Positions 19,182-24,000 of a stretch of 24,000 nucleotides of DNA are shown piece after piece; positions within the stretch are counted from its first letter, which is position 1, and each line of letters starts with the position of its first letter. The translations under genes and the position numbers were made by a program. Source of the stretch: Rhodothermales bacterium (GTDB lineage Bacteria > Bacteroidota > Rhodothermia > Rhodothermales > Bin80); assembly GCA_012267425.1 (NCBI GenBank), contig JAAXGO010000059.1, positions 6,711-30,710 of the forward strand, given 5' to 3'. The notes beneath the pieces are model-generated. The model had not been told where the DNA came from and did no database searches. It was given only the letters and a program-made list of their open reading frames with translations.

Positions 19182-20498
19182 ATGGATACACCTTCCTCCT
19201 TCGATCGGGTCAACCGGTGGATCCGGGACTCCGTCACCGTCAAAATGGTGGTGATGGGAATACTGACGCTTCTCCTTTTCATCCCATCCCTATTCATCCG
19301 GGAGCTTATCCGGGAGCGAGGCGAAACGCAGGAATTGGCCGCGCAGGAGGTCCAGCAGAGCTGGGGGAATGCGCAGCAGATTACCGGGCCTATTCTCATC
19401 GTGCCGTTCCGCGAAATACTTCGCTCGGGAGACGAGCCCGTCTCCATACTCACGCGGCATGCATACTTTCTTCCCGATTCTCTGGACGTGGAGGGTACCG
19501 TAATCCCGGAAATTCGATACCGTGGTATCTACGAAGTCGTCGTATATCGCACGGAGCTTTCGTATTCGGGACACTTCGCGGGGGTGGATTTCTCCGACTG
19601 GGACGTGGACAGCATCCTGTGGGACGAAGCCTCTGTTGCCGTCGGTATCACGGACATGCGCGGCATCGAAGACGGTGTAACGCTTCACTGGAACGAGACA
19701 CCCTTTGCATTCGATGCTGGTGTGGAGCCGCAGGGTGTCATCGAAAGCGGCATCGGCACCCGTGTACCGGACGCGGATAAGCCGCACTCATTCCGATTCG
19801 ACGTCAGTCTGAGGGGAAGCCATTCGCTTGATTTCATCCCCGTCGGCAGGGAGACTACTGTCAGTCTGACGTCCGACTGGTCTTCACCGAGTTTCGACGG
19901 CGCCTTCCTGCCCGATCAGCGAACCGTCACCGACGACGGTTTCACTGCCGAATGGCAAGTACTCCATTTGAATCGCCCGTATCCGCAGCAATGGGCCGAT
20001 TCGACAACCGGCATCGAGGACTCTGCCTTCGGCGTGACACTCCTCGTCGGCGTGGATCACTACCAGAAATCCATGCGCGCTGCAAAGTACGCGCTTTTGG
20101 TGATTGTCCTTACGTTTCTCGCCTTTTTCCTGGTGGAAGTCCGCTACGGCAAGCGGGCACACCCTTTCCAGTACATTCTGATCGGGATGGCCCTGTGCCT
20201 ATTCTACACTCTCCTTTTGTCTCTCTCGGAGCTCATGGCATTTAATGCGGCCTACGCGGTCGGTGGTGCCGTCACGACGCTAACAGTCGTGGCTTATGTT
20301 AAGAGCGTCTTTTCCAGCCAGCATTTGAGTACCATTGCCGGTGGTGTCTTGGTGATTCTGTACGCCTTCGTATTCCTCGTATTGCAGTTGGAGGACTACG
20401 CGCTCTTGGTTGGCAGCGTCGGGCTCTTCGTCGTTCTTGCTCTTACAATGTACCTGACACGCAACGTGGACTGGTTTTCGAGCGTGAGTGAGAAGTAG
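19182..20498 (+). CDS. creD: Cell envelope integrity inner-membrane protein CreD
   Basis: 438 aa with the CreD layout. An N-terminal TM is followed by a large periplasmic domain (QSWGNAQQITGPILIVPF...RGIYEVVVYRTEL...) and a C-terminal cluster of about 5 TM helices. No creABC genes are adjacent. Confidence 0.8.
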   Translation: MDTPSSFDRVNRWIRDSVTVKMVVMGILTLLLFIPSLFIRELIRERGETQELAAQEVQQSWGNAQQITGPILIVPFREILRSGDEPVSILTRHAYFLPDSLDVEGTVIPEIRYRGIYEVVVYRTELSYSGHFAGVDFSDWDVDSILWDEASVAVGITDMRGIEDGVTLHWNETPFAFDAGVEPQGVIESGIGTRVPDADKPHSFRFDVSLRGSHSLDFIPVGRETTVSLTSDWSSPSFDGAFLPDQRTVTDDGFTAEWQVLHLNRPYPQQWADSTTGIEDSAFGVTLLVGVDHYQKSMRAAKYALLVIVLTFLAFFLVEVRYGKRAHPFQYILIGMALCLFYTLLLSLSELMAFNAAYAVGGAVTTLTVVAYVKSVFSSQHLSTIAGGVLVILYAFVFLVLQLEDYALLVGSVGLFVVLALTMYLTRNVDWFSSVSEK

Positions 20499-21696
20499 AA
20501 ATCAGGCTCTCGTAGTATGCCAGCGTCTGCGTGGCAATTGCGCGCCACGAGAATTTCTTGAGTACGCGCTCCCGGCCGTTCTTGCCGAATGCTGCGCGCT
20601 TGGTAGGATCGGCCATGAGCTGGTTGATTCCGTCTGCGAGTGAGCGGGCAAATGCCCCTGCGTCACGTGGCTTCTGGCCGTCGGTGTCGACTGGTACGAG
20701 AATTCCTGTTTCGCCGTCCTTCACAACGGTGGGTATGCCGCCGACATTCGACGCGACGACCGCCGTTTCGCACGCCATGGCTTCCAGGTTAATGATCCCG
20801 AACGGTTCGTAGACTGATGGGCAGGCAAAAACGGCGGCGTGTGTATATAGCGCAATTATGTCTGCTCTTGGCAGCATGTCGCTTATCCAGACGATTTTAC
20901 GGTCTGACCGCTTGCGTGCTGCTTGGACGCGCCGGGTCATTTCGCGTTCGATGTCTGGAGTATCGGGAGCCCCGGCGGCAAGGACCACCTGAATGCCTGG
21001 ATGCAGGTATTCCATGGCATCGACGATGTGGATAATGCCTTTCTGCCGCGTGATGCGCCCGACGAAGAGTACGAACGGCACGGTAGCATCCACCCCGTAT
21101 TTCTCGAGTACGCCCTTGTCGAATGTCGGACGGTATTCGTCCGGATCAATGCCGTTCGGAATGACGCGGATACGGTCGTGTGAGACCCCGTAGAGCGCAT
21201 GGACGTCGCTCTTCATCGACGGCGAGACGGCTACGACGCCGTCTGCATTTTTATACGCTGTGCGCTCAAGCCACGCACTCAATTGATATGCGGTACCCAG
21301 CTGCTCGACCTTCCAAGGACGGTGAGGCTCGAGCGAATGGGTCGTTAGGACGAGCTTTGCCCCCGTCAGTTGCTTGACGAGGCACCCCGCCCAGTGCGAG
21401 TACCATGTGTGGCAATGGACAATGTCTGCCCCGTGCACAAGGCCCGCAGTCCGGAGGTTGCGGCTGAGCGTGCCGAAGATCTTTGCATGGCGCGGATCTT
21501 GGACTTTGGAGGCTGGTCCCGCCTCCACCCCACGAACCGTCAGGTTACCCTCCAGCAAATTCTGGTCACCGAAGCAGTACACGTCGACATCAACCCCGTT
21601 GAGGCCCACCAGCTCACGCGTCAAGTATTCGACGTGTACACCGGCTCCGCCATAAATATGGGGTGGAAACTCGTTGGTCAGGATGGCAACTCGCAT
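20443..21696 (-). CDS. glgA: GT4 glycosyltransferase, Corynebacterium-type glycogen synthase / GlgM (maltose-1-phosphate synthase)-like
   Basis: MRVAILTNEFPPHIYGGAGVHVEYLTREL, HCHTWY, THSLEPHRPWK.EQLG, FVGRITRQKG, AGAPDTP.I and PSVYEPFGIINLEAMAC.TAVVAS.VGGIP closely parallel my recollection of M. tuberculosis Rv1212c (GlgA/GlgM). The C-terminal ~18 codons overlap the creD 3' end. Confidence 0.82.
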   Translation of the reverse strand: MRVAILTNEFPPHIYGGAGVHVEYLTRELVGLNGVDVDVYCFGDQNLLEGNLTVRGVEAGPASKVQDPRHAKIFGTLSRNLRTAGLVHGADIVHCHTWYSHWAGCLVKQLTGAKLVLTTHSLEPHRPWKVEQLGTAYQLSAWLERTAYKNADGVVAVSPSMKSDVHALYGVSHDRIRVIPNGIDPDEYRPTFDKGVLEKYGVDATVPFVLFVGRITRQKGIIHIVDAMEYLHPGIQVVLAAGAPDTPDIEREMTRRVQAARKRSDRKIVWISDMLPRADIIALYTHAAVFACPSVYEPFGIINLEAMACETAVVASNVGGIPTVVKDGETGILVPVDTDGQKPRDAGAFARSLADGINQLMADPTKRAAFGKNGRERVLKKFSWRAIATQTLAYYESLISTSHSRSKTSPRCVSGTL

Positions 21697-22188
21697 GGGC
21701 AGTCTCGTCTTACTGCAGCTCGAGTGAATCTACGGAAATGCTCTACAGCAGCGCGCTCCACCCCGTCCGTCCTGTGAGCATCGGTAACGGCAAAATCTGT
21801 AATCACATCCTTACGCAAGTGTGAGTCCATCATTACGTCCCTCGCGGAGAGCGAGAAGTAGCGGGACGAGAATGCGGCCCGGTATATCATGCTATGATAT
21901 CTGCCACGCCCATCCCCCGCTCGGCAGCCAGCTTCCGGGCCTTGGTCACGCCCTCTCGGATCACGGGCAAAATAGCGATGCGCAGAATTCGTGCTCCTAT
22001 GCCTCATCCAGGTTTTCGCGGACAACGGTCAAGAATGCGTATACCGTCAGTAGCCAAACTATCTTCAGCCGACGAGCCTCGCATACAAAGACTGATTCCC
22101 AGTCGTACTTTGACGGCATTCCGGAGGCGTGCAGCGCCGCCAGCGATTTTGAGATCACACGACCATCGGAGTATCCGAACGTCAATCC

Positions 22189-24000
22189 ATGAGTCGCCTC
22201 ACCAAGGACATCCAAGACTCCGCGTCCGACAATCGGCGGCGCTTTGGCACCTTTGGTGGTGTATTCACGCCAACGCTGCTAACGATCCTCGGAGTGATCA
22301 TGTACCTGCGCGAAGGGTGGGTAATCGGCAATGCTGGCCTGTTGGGCGGATTCCTGATCATCATGCTGGCATACGCCATCACGATCTGCACCGGGCTTTC
22401 GATGTCGTCAATCACCTCCAACATCCGGATCGGTGCGGGAGGGGCGTACGCCATCATTTCCCAGTCGCTGGGCCTTGAAGTCGGCGGCAGCCTGGGAATC
22501 CCCCGCTACCTGTCGCAGGCCTTTGCGATCACGCTCTACATCTTCGGCTTCCGCGAGGCCTGGATATGGATTTTTCCCCACCATCCTGCCTTCGTTGTCG
22601 ATCTCGTCATCTTCCTGACAATTTGGGCAATCGCCTACAAGAGTGCCGATCTGGCCATTCGTGTTCAGTACTTGATTATGGCTGTAATCGCCGGCTCGCT
22701 CGTTTCCATCGCTGCGGCGGCATTCCAGGGATCAATGCAGTACGACGTGACCGGCGTCGGGCTGTGGGGCACGTTTCGTGGCTCGCCGGAAGACGACTTT
22801 TCCGGCACGTCTTTCTGGATCGTGTTCGCGGTGTTTTTTCCCGCAGCCACCGGCATCATGGCGGGAGCCAACATGTCGGGTGAACTTAAAGACCCACGCC
22901 GCAGCATCCCACGCGGAACGATGGCTGCCATCGGAGTGAGTCTGGTGGTCTATCTCCTTCTCGGATACTGGGTGGTGCGGTCGGCTTCGCCCGACGAGCT
23001 CGTCGAGAACTACTATGTCATGATCGACAAGGCGGCGTGGGGGCCTCTCGTCGTGGCGGGCGTGTTCGGAGCAACGTTCTCTTCCGCGCTGGCCTCGATG
23101 GTCGGATCCGCACGCATTCTGCAGGCGATGGGGGAGCACCGAGTGATCCCACGCGGCACGTGGATTGGAGCACTCAACGTCTCGGGCGAGCCCCGCAACG
23201 CAATGCTGATTACGGGCGGTGTGGTCTTCGTTACCCTCCTGGCGCGCGACCTGAATGCCATTGCTCCAATTATTACGATGTTCTTTCTGATCACGTACGC
23301 AATGCTCAACGTGGTCGTCTTGATCGAACAGAGTCTCGGTTTGGTCAGCTTCCGCCCGCTTCTGCGCGTACCCCGCATCGTGCCCGTGTGCGGGCTTGTC
23401 GGTTCTCTTTTCGCCATGTTCATTATCAACCCGGCGATTAGCCTTGTCTCCGTGGCAGTGGTCGTCCTATGCTACGGCCTATTGACACGACGGACGTTGG
23501 ATGCTCCGTTCGAGGATGTTCGCAGCGGTCTCTTCGTGTCCCTGTCGGAATGGGCGGCAAAGAAGGTGACCGACATGCCGTCGATGCAAGAACGGGCTTG
23601 GAAGCCGAACCTCCTGGTACCCGTCGAAGATGTCGTGCAACTGCGTGGGGCCTTCTCATTCATCGAGAACCTCACCTATCCAAAGGGCTCGGTGAAGCTA
23701 TTGGGCCTGGGAAGTCCCGGACTCACACCGGAGCTTGAAAATCTCACGAGGGCATTTCGGGAGCGTGCCGTGTTCGCTTCGTCCATGTCCGTGGACAGTC
23801 ATTCGTTCTCTGAGGGGCTTATTACGAGCATGCAAGTGCTGCGGGGCTCCTTCTTCCGGCCCAACATCGTCTTCCTAGACATGCCCGAATCCCCGGACCA
23901 GGAAGAAGGCTACAGACGTGTAGTAGCCCAAGCCTCAGACATGCAGTTAGGGACGCTCATCCATGCACCGCACAGTGAGGCGGGTCTCGGCCAGCGAAGA
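22189..24000 (+). CDS. Cation-chloride cotransporter family (APC superfamily, SLC12-like) permease, 3'-truncated by window edge
   Basis: This CDS is not in the supplied ORF track because it has no stop in the window. I translated frame 1 by hand from the ATG at 22189, which follows an in-frame TGA at 22150-22152, through to 24000 with no stop (604 codons). The product reads MSRLTKDIQDSASDNRRRFGTFGGVFTPTLLTILGVIMYLREGWVIGNAGL...FFPAATGIMAGANMSGELKDPRRSIPRGT...FSSALASMVGSARILQAMG..., typical of bacterial Na-K-Cl/K-Cl cotransporter homologues. A cytoplasmic C-terminal domain follows. Confidence 0.85.
   Translation, partial: MSRLTKDIQDSASDNRRRFGTFGGVFTPTLLTILGVIMYLREGWVIGNAGLLGGFLIIMLAYAITICTGLSMSSITSNIRIGAGGAYAIISQSLGLEVGGSLGIPRYLSQAFAITLYIFGFREAWIWIFPHHPAFVVDLVIFLTIWAIAYKSADLAIRVQYLIMAVIAGSLVSIAAAAFQGSMQYDVTGVGLWGTFRGSPEDDFSGTSFWIVFAVFFPAATGIMAGANMSGELKDPRRSIPRGTMAAIGVSLVVYLLLGYWVVRSASPDELVENYYVMIDKAAWGPLVVAGVFGATFSSALASMVGSARILQAMGEHRVIPRGTWIGALNVSGEPRNAMLITGGVVFVTLLARDLNAIAPIITMFFLITYAMLNVVVLIEQSLGLVSFRPLLRVPRIVPVCGLVGSLFAMFIINPAISLVSVAVVVLCYGLLTRRTLDAPFEDVRSGLFVSLSEWAAKKVTDMPSMQERAWKPNLLVPVEDVVQLRGAFSFIENLTYPKGSVKLLGLGSPGLTPELENLTRAFRERAVFASSMSVDSHSFSEGLITSMQVLRGSFFRPNIVFLDMPESPDQEEGYRRVVAQASDMQLGTLIHAPHSEAGLGQRR

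Noticed and set aside
21678-22025. 115-aa minus-strand ORF overlapping the start of the GT4 gene
   Set aside because: Its translation is Arg-rich and low-complexity, and its 3' end overlaps the GT4 start codon region. Only a different frame in part of this interval (21890-22003) looks coding-like, and that is reported separately.
22171-22188. Possible c-di-AMP (ydaO-type) riboswitch upstream of the K+/Cl- cotransporter-like gene (CCGAACGTCAATCC resembles CCGAAUCCGUCAGCUAACC)
   Set aside because: There is only one short, imperfect match. The other conserved ydaO blocks (ACGGGGA, GGGGUGAAUCC) are absent from 21697-22188.

Overview
GC-rich bacterial chromosomal segment made up almost entirely of housekeeping or core-metabolism genes. 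The sigma-54 N-terminus and CreD suggest an FCB-group or Rhodothermota/Bacteroidota-like organism, but that is inference only. I support 19 CDSs. In order: MFS-like transporter 3' end, YdiJ-type FAD/Fe-S oxidoreductase, sorbosone/glucose-dehydrogenase-like lipoprotein, ruvB, rpoN, class-V PLP enzyme, small hypothetical, polytopic membrane protein, M1 metallopeptidase, hisE, hisG, two tandem PspB-like mini-proteins, rnc, gcvP, creD, Corynebacterium-type glycogen synthase/GlgM-like GT4, and an open-ended cation-chloride cotransporter that is absent from the ORF track. I see no rRNA, tRNA, CRISPR array, transposase, integrase or recognisable defence/toxin module, and no convincing novel multi-gene system. 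Four things deserve a second look. (1) A 179-aa mini-intein sits exactly in the Walker-A GK|T of RuvB. (2) The convergent spacer between hisG and the PspB-like pair (14008-14777) is about 770 nt. It contains unusually strong hairpins and an interrupted frame with a perfect cupin motif-1, so it is either an unrecognised structured RNA or a decayed gene. (3) The PspB-like pair has no pspA or pspC nearby. (4) A ~490-nt leader upstream of the cotransporter contains an AT-rich palindrome and a coding-like fragment. Most long ORFs in the track that lie antisense to these genes are GC-driven artefacts.
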